Positions 27,081 through 36,110 of a stretch of DNA of 42,834 bases are shown here, piece by piece. The DNA comes from Candidatus Wildermuthbacteria bacterium (GTDB lineage: Bacteria > Patescibacteriota > Minisyncoccia > Minisyncoccales > UBA10102). Under the pieces are notes generated by a model. The model was not told the origin of the DNA, ran no database searches, and was given only the letters and a program-made list of their open reading frames with translations. The stretch is from contig JACOZJ010000004.1 of the NCBI GenBank assembly GCA_016181405.1, positions 71,479-114,312 of the forward strand, read 5' to 3'. The stretch's first letter is position 1. Every line of letters starts with the position of its first letter. Position numbers and translations under genes: made by a program.

Positions 27081-27151
27081 CGGAGCGGAGTATGGCGGTA
27101 GTACGCCTGCTTTGGGAGCAGGTAGACCGGGTTCGACTCCCGGCGCTCCGA
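27081..27151 (+). tRNA. tRNA-Pro (TGG), non-canonical G8/G14
   Basis: CGGAGCG/CGCTCCG acceptor stem; loop TT-TGG-GA; GTTCGACTC T-loop. Confidence 0.85.
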
Positions 27152-27186
27152 CACAAAAGAATCCCTCCCGCCTCCGCGGGTTTCTT

Positions 27187-27258
27187 GCGGGCGTCGTATA
27201 ACGGCTATTATGTCACCCTTCCAAGGTGAAGATGTGGGTTCGACTCCCATCGCCCGCT
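27187..27258 (+). tRNA. tRNA-Gly (TCC)
   Basis: GCGGGCG/CGCCCGC acceptor; loop CT-TCC-AA; U discriminator. Confidence 0.95.
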
Positions 27259-27287
27259 CCGCTACACTTTCCTCCTTTTCAAGGAGA

Positions 27288-28631
27288 TTATGCGTGCGCA
27301 AGCGCAGCAATAGAAGATGGAGTAGAGATTTCTCCACCGCCTTTGCGTTTGAGGAGAAAAGCGAGAATAGGCGGCGTGAGCAATGTGGTAAGAATTACCA
27401 TAATCACAATAATCGAAAACACATCAGGAGGAACCACGCCCAACGAAGCTCCCATAGTAGCAAAAATTAACCCGACTTCTCCCCTTGGTATCATGCCGAG
27501 GCCTACGAGCAAACGGTCTCCCTTTCCCGCCGCAATTCCGGCAGCAATTTTTCCCACAACGGCTACTCCTGTGATAGCAAGGGCAACGAGAAGAACCTGG
27601 GGGTTAAACAACGTCGTCAACTGTACCGACATGCCTGTCATTACAAAGAAAATAGGTACAAAAAAGTGGGCAAGCGGATCAGTCAAATCTTCTACGTGTC
27701 GGTGCGAATGGTGATCAATTACATTCTTAATGCGCTTGCGCAATTCTCCGTTCGCATCTTTTGTGGCTTCGCGGAAATCTTCAAGCACCTTGGGTTCGCG
27801 GAAAAAACGGAAGTGCACCGGATCAAGCACGAGGCCCGCAGCAAATGCCCCCACAATAGGAGCCAGACCAAATTGTGCTTTTGCAAGGTATGCAAACACC
27901 AGCCCAAAGCTTATCGCCAAAGCGAATTTCATCCCTACGCCCGTGTTAATTTTGGAGAGAACTTTCCCTAAAAAGGGTGCAGCAAAATGCCCAATCACGA
28001 TCGCGCCAACCAAGAATAAAATTGCTTCTGCCACGATAGTGCTAATAACCCCGAGACTTACGGCACCCACCGTCACCAAAGCAGAAACTACGGCGAGAAT
28101 AATAAGCCCCATAACGTCGTCTATCACCGCAGCTCCCAGCACAATTTGTGCAGACGGGATATGAAGTTTGCCCAAATCTTGGAATACGCGTGCTGTGATG
28201 CCAACCGAAGTCGCAGTTAATGCGGCCCCTAGAAACAGATAGGTATTCTGGCTCAATCCGGGCAAAAGCCAAGGGCCAACTATATATGTCCCCAAAACGA
28301 AAGGCACGATAACGCCAATAGTTGCAACTAAAAATGCGCGGATTCCAACCTTGCGCATTTTTGCAATATTCGACTCCAAGCCAATTTGAAACAGCAAAAT
28401 TACGACTCCAAGTTCCGCGAGGAAAGCAATAATAGAGTCGTGTTTCATAGGCTCAAATAGATGAATCCCCAGCAACGTAAGGTTCCCAAGGAACACTCCC
28501 ATAACAAGCTCTCCTAGCACCGAAGGCTGCCCGATTTTCTCTACCAAGCTTGCTATTTTCGCCGCAAGCAAGATTACCGCAATCCAGAGGAATGTTATAA
28601 CGGTTTCTCCGTGAGATGCTGCTTCTTCCAT
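27288..28631 (-). CDS. Cation:proton antiporter (CPA2/NapA-like)
   Basis: GQPSVLGEL, LLFQIGLES, TATSVGITARV, AAVIDDVMG, PRGEVGLIF; about 12 TMs. Confidence 0.92.
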   Translation of the reverse strand: MEEAASHGETVITFLWIAVILLAAKIASLVEKIGQPSVLGELVMGVFLGNLTLLGIHLFEPMKHDSIIAFLAELGVVILLFQIGLESNIAKMRKVGIRAFLVATIGVIVPFVLGTYIVGPWLLPGLSQNTYLFLGAALTATSVGITARVFQDLGKLHIPSAQIVLGAAVIDDVMGLIILAVVSALVTVGAVSLGVISTIVAEAILFLVGAIVIGHFAAPFLGKVLSKINTGVGMKFALAISFGLVFAYLAKAQFGLAPIVGAFAAGLVLDPVHFRFFREPKVLEDFREATKDANGELRKRIKNVIDHHSHRHVEDLTDPLAHFFVPIFFVMTGMSVQLTTLFNPQVLLVALAITGVAVVGKIAAGIAAGKGDRLLVGLGMIPRGEVGLIFATMGASLGVVPPDVFSIIVIMVILTTLLTPPILAFLLKRKGGGEISTPSSIAALAHA

Positions 28632-28654
28632 ATCGTAAAGAACAATAGCATACC

Positions 28655-28682
28655 AAAAACCGCTCTACAAGGAGCGGTTTTT
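28655..28682. terminator. Intrinsic terminator after rny
   Basis: aaaaaccgctc-tacaag-gagcggttttt. Confidence 0.8.
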
Positions 28683-28690
28683 CCACAGAA

Positions 28691-30223
28691 TTAGCGGGCG
28701 TATTCTACAAAGCGGTTTTCGCGCACGAGAGTTACCTTAATTTCGCCTGGGTAGTGGAGCTCCCCTTCAATTCTCCGCGCAATGTCTCGCGCAAGCTTTT
28801 GAGCTGTGACATCATCAATTTTTTCGGGCTGTACGAATACCCGAATTTCCCTTCCTGCCTGAATAGCATATGCTTTTTCAACACCTTCAAAAGTGGTAGC
28901 GAGCGATTCCAGCTCTCCAATTCGCTTTAAGTAGTTTTCGAGCGTATCTTTTCTTGCGCCAGGGCGGGAAGCCGAAATCGCGTCTGCCGTCTGCACCAAT
29001 ACCGCTTCAATCGACTCATAAGGATAATCTTCGTGGTGCGACTTCATTGCGGTAATTACCTCTTTCTCCACTCCGAACTTCTCCAAAATGCGCATGCCAA
29101 TTTCCACGTGCGAACCCTCCACCTGATGGTCGAGCGCCTTGCCTATGTCATGGAACAATCCTGCTTTCTTTGCCACATTCACATCAGCTCCGATCTCCGC
29201 GGCGAGCGCGGAAGCCAAATACGCTACCTCTACAGAATGCAGAAGCACGTTCTGGCCATAGCTCGTGCGGAACTTCACTCTTCCCAAAAGCTGAACAAGT
29301 TTGGGATCCAGCCCGACAATGCCCAAATCGAAACTGGCAGCTTCGCCGGCTTCCCTCATCTGATCTTCGACTTCCGCCTGCACTTTCGCCACCTCTTCTT
29401 CCACCCTCGCCGGGTGAATTCTTCCGTCTTTAATGAGTCGCTCGAGCGCAACTTTCGCGATATGGCGGCGCAGGGGATCGAATCCAGAAATTATTACGGT
29501 TTCGGGCGTTTCGTCCACCACGATTTCCACGCCGGCCAACCGCTCTAGAGAGCGAATGTTTCTTCCTTCTTTCCCGATGATTTTTCCCTTGAGATCTTCT
29601 GAAGGCAGAACCACAGTAGTCGTGGTAATCTCCTGCGTCTGGGAAACCGCAGTTTTTTGAATGGCATATGCCACAATTTCCTTTGCCCTTCGGTCAAACC
29701 GATCCCGCCCTTCTGCCTCGAGTTTTCGCACACGCCCCACCAAATCTTGTTCGCATTCCTTCTCTACGCGGTTGAACAACTCTTTCTTTGCCTCTTCGCG
29801 GGACAGTTGCGCCGCTTCCTCCAGTTTTTTGGATACCTCTTCTTTCGCCTGCTCCAGATTTTTTTCAATCGCCTGCAGTTTTTCTACCTTAGTCCTGAAT
29901 TCCTCTTCTTTTGCATCAAAGCCAGCAATTCTCTTGGTGAGAGTCTCTTCGCGCTGTAAAAGCACTTGTTCAGTTTTAAGAAACGCTTGTCTTCGGCGCT
30001 CTTCTTCTGACTTTGCAGTTGAGGTAACCTCTTTCGCCTGCGTTTTGGCTTCGGAGATAATTTTTTCGCTCTCCTCTCCCGCCTCCTTAATTTTCTGTTG
30101 AACTTTCTGCTCTAAAGTGCCTATCTGCCTTCTGGCTATGGACTGTCGAGCTAAGTACCCAAGAAAAGAACCTACTGCAAGCGAAAATACGCCTGCTACG
30201 AGCAAGGTTAATTGTTCGGTCAT
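28691..30223 (-). CDS. rny: Ribonuclease Y
   Basis: N-terminal TM, coiled coil, KH domain (KGKIIGKEGRNIR), HD domain (LFHDIGK), RTSYGQN, GREIRV. Confidence 0.97.
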   Translation of the reverse strand: MTEQLTLLVAGVFSLAVGSFLGYLARQSIARRQIGTLEQKVQQKIKEAGEESEKIISEAKTQAKEVTSTAKSEEERRRQAFLKTEQVLLQREETLTKRIAGFDAKEEEFRTKVEKLQAIEKNLEQAKEEVSKKLEEAAQLSREEAKKELFNRVEKECEQDLVGRVRKLEAEGRDRFDRRAKEIVAYAIQKTAVSQTQEITTTTVVLPSEDLKGKIIGKEGRNIRSLERLAGVEIVVDETPETVIISGFDPLRRHIAKVALERLIKDGRIHPARVEEEVAKVQAEVEDQMREAGEAASFDLGIVGLDPKLVQLLGRVKFRTSYGQNVLLHSVEVAYLASALAAEIGADVNVAKKAGLFHDIGKALDHQVEGSHVEIGMRILEKFGVEKEVITAMKSHHEDYPYESIEAVLVQTADAISASRPGARKDTLENYLKRIGELESLATTFEGVEKAYAIQAGREIRVFVQPEKIDDVTAQKLARDIARRIEGELHYPGEIKVTLVRENRFVEYAR

Positions 30224-30297
30224 ATATTCGGTTGAGCGATTGGATTTTCATAAAGTCCACAAATAAACCCAAAAGTCAAAATAAATTCTCTGCGTGG

Positions 30298-30326
30298 AGT
30301 ATACCAAACTTCTCTCAGCTTGTCAA
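30298..30326 (-). promoter_or_regulatory. rny promoter
   Basis: TTGACA-N17-TATACT. Confidence 0.8.
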
Positions 30327-30351
30327 AAATAAGGCCTATCGCTGCTTTTTG

Positions 30352-30942
30352 CTATTTCTGTTCCTTTTCCTCGATGACTTTGTCGATTAAGCCGTAATCT
30401 CTGGCTTCCTCTGCGGAAAGATAAAAGTCCCGATCCGTGTCTTTCTCCACTTTGCTAAACGGTTGGCCCGTGTGCTTCGCAAGAATCTGATTAAGCCTTT
30501 CTTTGATCTTCACGATCTGTTTGGCCGTAATTTCAATCTCAACGGCCTGACCAGTAGCACCCCCAATGGGTTGATGAAGCATAATCTGGGAGTTAGGAAG
30601 AGCGAAGCGCTTTCCCTTCTGTCCGGCTGCCAAAAGCACCGCGCCCATGGAAGCTGCCATGCCCACGCAAACTGTAGAGATAGGACATTTCACGTATTGC
30701 ATCGTATCGTAAATGGCAAGCCCGCCCGTAACCACGCCGCCGGGCGTATTGATGTACAGCTGTATGTCTTTTTTGGGATCCTTAGACTCCAAGAACAGCA
30801 TCTGGGCAATTACCGAGTTTGCCACAATGTCGTTGATGGGCGCGCCTAAAAAAATAATGCGTTCCTTGAGCAATCTCGAATAGATATCATACGCCCGCTC
30901 TCCGTATTGCGATTTTTCGATAACAGTTGGAATAAGATTCAT
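30352..30942 (-). CDS. clpP: ATP-dependent Clp protease proteolytic subunit
   Basis: [43 protein letters not shown]. Confidence 0.98.
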   Translation of the reverse strand: MNLIPTVIEKSQYGERAYDIYSRLLKERIIFLGAPINDIVANSVIAQMLFLESKDPKKDIQLYINTPGGVVTGGLAIYDTMQYVKCPISTVCVGMAASMGAVLLAAGQKGKRFALPNSQIMLHQPIGGATGQAVEIEITAKQIVKIKERLNQILAKHTGQPFSKVEKDTDRDFYLSAEEARDYGLIDKVIEEKEQK

Positions 30943-32018
30943 GGTTTTACAAATTGTTCTAAAAATTGCAGTGTCTTTTCATGCCGCAACACGCCTTCAG
31001 TATACTCTCTGAGCCGGTCAGGATCAAGTGCTTGCTTTGCCTTTTGGAGGCTGGTGTAATGTTTCAAAATAGCTTGTGCTTCCTGCGTAACCTCTTCTGG
31101 CGTTGGGGTAATGTTTTCTCTCTTAGCAACCTCGCGCAGCACCAAAAATCGTTTTACTCTTTGTTCTGCTTCTTGCCCGAACGATTCGAATAACTCCTGT
31201 TCGGTTTTGCCGGCTTTTTGCGCGTATTCTGCAAATGGCATCTGTGCCATTTGCTCTACTCCTCGTTTAACCTCTGAAAGCAATACCTGCTTCTCCCGTT
31301 CAACAAGCACATCTGGAATTTCGAGCTTCGAGCGGGCGGCTATCTTTTCTATAATTTCCTGCCTGAGTCGATCCCTTTCCTGCATCTCCTTCTCATGCTG
31401 CAAACCCTCCTGAATGCTTGCGCGCAAGCTTGCTAAATCTGCAAAATTTCCTACTGACTTTGCGAAATTATCGTCCAGAGGAACTTCACCCTTGTCTTTC
31501 CCGCCCAAACCTTCGGATTGCGGCGGGTCCGCCTCAATGCCCTCTGGGCTTTGGGCGGGTACTTTTCTGCTTTCCCTAAGCCATTGCAGAGTTTCGTCCA
31601 CGTTTTTCTCCTCCACCCGAACCTCCTTCCGTGCCACGGTTTCAGCAATTTTTTTATAGTCAGGCAACTCAATGTCAGGCAACACTGCCACCTGCACGCG
31701 AAACTCCAGTGGGTTTCCTGGGGCCAATTTCAATACCCGCACTTCAGGTTCTCCGATCACATCCAAACATTCTTGTTCCACGATATTGTGATAGACCTCC
31801 GCGATGGCAAACCTTGCGGCTTCGCTAAGGATTGCCACTTCTCCTACATGTTTCTCGGCAACCTGCGCGGGAACATGGCCGGGCCGAAATCCTTCGAGGC
31901 GCAAATCTTTTGCGAGAGTCATTACGGCCTCCTCTCTGTGATTACCGAGTTCTTCTGGGGTCAGTTGCACCTCAAGGGCAATCTGAGACTTGGGCAATTT
32001 CTTCTTTGAAAATTTCAT
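30939..32018 (-). CDS. tig: Trigger factor lacking the FKBP domain
   Basis: EGFRPGHVP ribosome-binding motif, N-domain then C-domain ([10 protein letters not shown]...IPDVLVERE); tig-clpP synteny. Confidence 0.9.
   Translation of the reverse strand: MKFSKKKLPKSQIALEVQLTPEELGNHREEAVMTLAKDLRLEGFRPGHVPAQVAEKHVGEVAILSEAARFAIAEVYHNIVEQECLDVIGEPEVRVLKLAPGNPLEFRVQVAVLPDIELPDYKKIAETVARKEVRVEEKNVDETLQWLRESRKVPAQSPEGIEADPPQSEGLGGKDKGEVPLDDNFAKSVGNFADLASLRASIQEGLQHEKEMQERDRLRQEIIEKIAARSKLEIPDVLVEREKQVLLSEVKRGVEQMAQMPFAEYAQKAGKTEQELFESFGQEAEQRVKRFLVLREVAKRENITPTPEEVTQEAQAILKHYTSLQKAKQALDPDRLREYTEGVLRHEKTLQFLEQFVKP
31500..31559. repeat. 60-bp palindromic element in frame within tig
   Basis: Terminal IR CCCGCCCAAA/TTTGGGCGGG; shares a 23-bp exact block with the copy in nusA. 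Confidence 0.85.
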
Positions 32019-33217
32019 GCTTCTGGCGTTTCTGTCTCAGGTTCTCCCGTTTCTACATCTTTCCCTTCGGGAGTGCGCACATCAATCTTCCAACCCGTAA
32101 GCTTTGCCGCCAACCTCACGTTTTGCCCGTCTCTTCCAATCGCGAGAGAAAGCTGGTCTTCTGCCACAATAGCTACTGCCTTGTTTTTCCCTTCTACTTC
32201 TACCTGAAGCACCTTTGCGGGTGAAAGTGCATTAGCAATATATGCTTCCGGATCTTCTGCCCACTCTACAATATCGATTTTTTCCCCTCCCAACTCGTTA
32301 ATCACTGCAGAAACTCTCGTACCCCGCTGGCCCACCATGGAACCTACGGGATCCACTCCATCTGCATTCGATGCCACTGCTACTTTTGTGCGGGAACCGG
32401 CTTCCCGCGTGATTCCTTTTATCTCAACGCTCCCAGATCCGATTTCCGGAACTTCGAGCTCAAAAAGCTTTGATATAAATTTCGGGTATGCTCTCGAAAG
32501 AAAAATCAAAGGTCCTCTCGGAGAGTCTTCCACGCGCATAAGATAAAACTTCAGGCGCTGGCCAACCCTATAAAACTCGCCGGGAACCTGTTCTTCTGCG
32601 GGGAGCACGCCTAAGGTTTTACCCAAATCCACAAATACCATTCTTCCTTCCACGCGCTGCACCAAACCCGAAACCAACTCTCCTTCTTTGGACTGAAATT
32701 CATCAAGCACAGAAGCCCGCTCTGCCTCCCTGATTTTCTGCAGAATAACCTGCTTTGCGGTTTGCGCCGCTATCCTGCCATAGTCGGTCTTGGACTCCAG
32801 CTTGAGCTCAACTTCGTCTCCTGGCCTTGCTTCTTTTTTTATCTTTTGCGCTTCCTCGAGCATAATGTGCCGCTCGGGGTTGAATCGCACTTTCTTCTCA
32901 CCTTCAGACGTCTCTCCACCCAAACCTTCGGATTGCGGCGGACTCGCCTCAATATCAGCCTCGGGCTGATTTTGGGCGAGCAACTCCTCTTCTGAATAAA
33001 TCATGCTGTCATCCACCGCGAGCTTCACCTGCCAAAACTCAACTTTCCCTGTTTTGATATCGAGGGATGCTTTGATATTCTGCCCGCGTTTTCCGAACTC
33101 TTTTTTGTAGGCCGCGGCAAGCGCCTGTTCCACAGTTTCCAACACCCTTTCTCGAGACAGGCCTTTTTCTTCCGCGATGCTGTCAAGCAGCAATCCAAAA
33201 TTTTTAAAATCGATCAT
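32015..33217 (-). CDS. nusA: Transcription termination/antitermination factor NusA
   Basis: GRIAAQTAKQV, S1 domain, REAGSRTKVAV, GQRGTRV, EKIDIV, SLAIGRDGQNVRLA. Confidence 0.98.
   Translation of the reverse strand: MIDFKNFGLLLDSIAEEKGLSRERVLETVEQALAAAYKKEFGKRGQNIKASLDIKTGKVEFWQVKLAVDDSMIYSEEELLAQNQPEADIEASPPQSEGLGGETSEGEKKVRFNPERHIMLEEAQKIKKEARPGDEVELKLESKTDYGRIAAQTAKQVILQKIREAERASVLDEFQSKEGELVSGLVQRVEGRMVFVDLGKTLGVLPAEEQVPGEFYRVGQRLKFYLMRVEDSPRGPLIFLSRAYPKFISKLFELEVPEIGSGSVEIKGITREAGSRTKVAVASNADGVDPVGSMVGQRGTRVSAVINELGGEKIDIVEWAEDPEAYIANALSPAKVLQVEVEGKNKAVAIVAEDQLSLAIGRDGQNVRLAAKLTGWKIDVRTPEGKDVETGEPETETPEA
32915..32980. repeat. 66-bp palindromic element in frame within nusA
   Basis: Imperfect terminal IR TCCACCCAAA/TTTGGGCGAG; CCCAAACCTTCGGATTGCGGCGG is identical to the tig copy. 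Confidence 0.85.
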
Positions 33218-33223
33218 ATTTAC

Positions 33224-33254
33224 AAAAGAATGCCCGCTTCGCGGACACTTCTTT
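33224..33254 (-). terminator. Terminator-like hairpin in the nusA 5' leader (candidate attenuator)
   Basis: TGTCCGC-GAA-GCGGGCA followed by TTCTTTT, 6 nt before the ATG. Confidence 0.55.
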
Positions 33255-33263
33255 CATAGAGTA

Positions 33264-33292
33264 AGGTTATCATAACTCTTTTCGAATGTCAA
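33264..33292 (-). promoter_or_regulatory. nusA promoter
   Basis: TTGACA-N17-TAACCT. Confidence 0.65.
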
Positions 33293-33295
33293 CTT

Positions 33296-35071
33296 CTAGG
33301 GACAGCTCCCTATAGTACACATCTTCATTTTATCAAACCAGCGCTGCGCATCTCCGCTATCAACTGATTCTCCTTCCCACTGAAGGGTAGCTCCTTGAAT
33401 CCCATTGTTGATTGCATATCTTGCACAAGGGTTATAACTAAAATCCCACGGTGTAGCGTTTCGTTGGTCGCCCCCATTAACAGCACCAGAACCACACCCG
33501 CTTTTACCGCATATAAGGTCGCCGTCTACAACCTTAGCGTCACCCGCAAAGATTGTGGCAACTTGAGGATACAAGGGAGTGCTTAAACCATCATCCCGAA
33601 CCGTCTGAACAACTAGGTCTACTGCTTGCTGTATCGTTCGGGGGTCATCTCCAGTCCAGGAATTCTCGCAATAACTCTGTAATTGAATAACCAGCCCGTC
33701 CAAGTACTGTGCCATTTTCCCATAATCCCACGTTATTCTGGATCCGCACCGGTTAGCGTAAAAGAGAGCGCCTCCTGTTGGCATTCCATACAAACGGAAG
33801 CTTGTGCCATGCGCTCCATTTGCATCATCTACAATTTTCCGGGCAATTCTAAAATTCTCGTATGTTGTACCAGGGTCCCATCGAAACTCCTGTATACCTG
33901 GACCGTCAAAACCACAACCCACAGGGCCGTCCGGACCCTCCTCATAATTCTCATACCCATATAAAAGCGCATCAAAACAAGCATTATCCAATGGCGGAGA
34001 AGCCGTGTTTAAAGCAAACTTTAGAGACTCATGGCCATCTGATCTTGCAACCATGAAAAGAGAACGCCCAGAGAATCTATTCCTGAAATCCCGGCAACGC
34101 CTATTGAGATAGTCAACGTCTGCCTGACTGCTGATTTGCGAATTGCTTTCACCTGCTACGCTTCTTTCCCTCCGCAGCAACATGATATCCCCAGTTTGCA
34201 CATAATTATAAAACTGGTTCAGCACGTGGTTTTCTACGCTAGGAAATATAAAAAATCCAATGGGGGGTCGGCTACCGGGAACTGGAGTGGGCCCCGGCGT
34301 TGGCGTAGCACCTGAAGTAGGTGTTGGCGTAGCACCAGGGGTCGGCGTAGCTCCAGCAGAGGGGGCAGGTGGCAACGGAGACGTTGCCACCTCCGTAGCG
34401 ACGTTAACAATAGCGGTAGAGCTTGCGGTTCCCGTACTACCCGTGCAGTCTATCTGGAAGGTATGTGTACCCACAGAAAGTCCTGAAATAGTTTGTTCTC
34501 CACCTCCAGCGGCGGGCGAGCCGCTCCAATCCCCAGAAGCAGTGCAGCTTGTTGTGTCAAACGTACTCCAGCTAAGGACCACGGGCTGCCCAACCTTGAT
34601 GCTCAAGGGAATAGCAGAAAGTCTCACTGATGTGGGGATTTTGCAGTCGATTTGCCACCATGTGCCAGTGCCGCCAAAGGAAGCAGATCCCAAAGAGGTA
34701 AGAAGAAGATTAATGAACAGCCAAGCGCCATACACAATGAGCACGCCTATAACTATGGCAAGAAAGATCTGTTGCCCTTGCTTAACGCGCGCGGGGTTTC
34801 CCATGGAAGAAAGCCAGATAAAACCTCCCCAGGCGAGCAGAAGAGAAGCAACGATGGGGACAACGGCAAAGCCGCCGTTGAACACGGAGGGGACAAGGAG
34901 AAAGGTGATGATGTTGTTGAGAAGTGAAAAGCCGTGGCAAAGAGTACAGGGAGACTCGCTCGCTCCTCCGCAGGGCACAAGGCCTGCGGCAGAGGTGGGG
35001 GCGGGGGCAAGAGCAAAGAGAACACCGCCTGCGAACAAAAGAAAGAGAAGAAAAACAAAAACTTTTTTCAT
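33296..35071 (-). CDS. TrbC/VirB2-like (CPR-type) pilin fused to an Ig-like module, a Pro/Thr linker and a ~320-aa C-terminal domain
   Basis: Signal peptide; GLVPCGG..PCTLCH..L.NNII.FL; GGF.WL.S.GNP..V.QG...F...VIG..IVYGAWLFIN.L; LSWST..TTSCTASGDW..; GATPTP repeats. Confidence 0.8.
   Translation of the reverse strand: MKKVFVFLLFLLFAGGVLFALAPAPTSAAGLVPCGGASESPCTLCHGFSLLNNIITFLLVPSVFNGGFAVVPIVASLLLAWGGFIWLSSMGNPARVKQGQQIFLAIVIGVLIVYGAWLFINLLLTSLGSASFGGTGTWWQIDCKIPTSVRLSAIPLSIKVGQPVVLSWSTFDTTSCTASGDWSGSPAAGGGEQTISGLSVGTHTFQIDCTGSTGTASSTAIVNVATEVATSPLPPAPSAGATPTPGATPTPTSGATPTPGPTPVPGSRPPIGFFIFPSVENHVLNQFYNYVQTGDIMLLRRERSVAGESNSQISSQADVDYLNRRCRDFRNRFSGRSLFMVARSDGHESLKFALNTASPPLDNACFDALLYGYENYEEGPDGPVGCGFDGPGIQEFRWDPGTTYENFRIARKIVDDANGAHGTSFRLYGMPTGGALFYANRCGSRITWDYGKMAQYLDGLVIQLQSYCENSWTGDDPRTIQQAVDLVVQTVRDDGLSTPLYPQVATIFAGDAKVVDGDLICGKSGCGSGAVNGGDQRNATPWDFSYNPCARYAINNGIQGATLQWEGESVDSGDAQRWFDKMKMCTIGSCP
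34278..34357 (-). repeat. Tandem coding repeats (GATPTP) forming a linker
   Basis: GT(T/C)GGCGTAGC(A/T)CC recurs three times on the plus strand (34299, 34323, 34341). Confidence 0.7.
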
Positions 35072-35080
35072 CTTCTTTCT

Positions 35081-35109
35081 ATTATACCGTGCGGAAAAAA
35101 AGTGTGCAA
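35081..35109 (-). promoter_or_regulatory. Promoter of the pilin-fusion gene
   Basis: TTGCAC-N17-TATAAT, ending 9 nt before the ATG. Confidence 0.65.
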
Positions 35110-35249
35110 GAAAAACTATCCTTTTGCCTGGTCTTTACTCGTGAAAAACACAGGAATAATTTTTATATCTTATGGTGGGATATTCTAAGGTACCGCTCTC
35201 TGTGGAAAACATCCTTTCCGTATGCACACTCTTGAGGTATGAATAAATA

Positions 35250-36074
35250 ATGCGCAAAAGCAAAGAAAAGAAAAAGCGGATTGTGCTGGTTGAAGATGAA
35301 CCAACGCTGGCAAATCTTATCGAGGCGGGATTACAAGAACAGGGCTATGAAGTGCGATCGGCAAGAGACGGCAAAAAGGGGCTACAGCTTATCCGGGACG
35401 TAAAGCCTGATCTGGTACTGCTCGATATTATGCTCCCCGGACTTAAGGGCTTTGATATTTTAGAAAAGCTCTCGAAAGAAGACCATGCGCTTCCTGCTTT
35501 GCCTGTAATTATAATTTCAAATTCCGGGGATTCTATTGAAATTGAGCGGGCTCTCCGCATGGGAGTGAAAGATTATTTGGTGAAAGTAAACTTCAACCCA
35601 AACGAAGTCATAGCGAAAGTGAACAACACGCTTCAAGCCCACGTCGAGGAGCGGAAGAAAAAGTCAAAACTACCAAAGACCGTGAAGGGAAAACGGGTTC
35701 TCCTCGTAGAAGACGATACCCTTCTTTCCGACATGCTGGAGAAGGAATTTGTCGCAAAACACTACGAGGTGCACAAGGCGTGGAATGCGGAAAAGGCAAG
35801 AAGCATTTTGGCGGAGCACGAAGTCAACGTTATTGTGCTGGACCTCGTTCTCCCGGACGAGCATGGTTTAAGTTTTTTGAAGGAGCTGCAAAAGAACGAC
35901 AGCACCAAGAGCATACCAGTGATCATTGCTTCAAATCTAGGGCAACAGGAAGAGATTGACCAAGGATTACGGGCCGGCGCAGTAGATTACATCGTGAAAA
36001 CCAATACGGTTCCAAGAGAAATTGTGGAAAAAATCGAAAAGCTACTCCAAAAAGGTCAAAGGGATTACAAATAA
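35250..36074 (+). CDS. Tandem receiver-domain protein (REC-REC, no output domain)
   Basis: VLVEDE..LLDIMLP..YLVK and LLVEDD..VLDLVLP..YIVK; both phospho-acceptor Asp residues are retained. Confidence 0.92.
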   Translation: MRKSKEKKKRIVLVEDEPTLANLIEAGLQEQGYEVRSARDGKKGLQLIRDVKPDLVLLDIMLPGLKGFDILEKLSKEDHALPALPVIIISNSGDSIEIERALRMGVKDYLVKVNFNPNEVIAKVNNTLQAHVEERKKKSKLPKTVKGKRVLLVEDDTLLSDMLEKEFVAKHYEVHKAWNAEKARSILAEHEVNVIVLDLVLPDEHGLSFLKELQKNDSTKSIPVIIASNLGQQEEIDQGLRAGAVDYIVKTNTVPREIVEKIEKLLQKGQRDYK

Positions 36075-36110
36075 TATAGCAGCCAGCAGGAAGCTGGCAT
36101 GATTCTTTGT

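Noticed and set aside
30224-30297. 6S RNA upstream of rny
   Set aside because: The leader between the promoter and the ATG is about 70 nt and AT-rich, far shorter than a ~180-nt 6S rod.
34260-35144. 294-aa plus-strand ORF
   Set aside because: Antisense shadow of the GC-rich pilin/linker region with no recognisable motifs.
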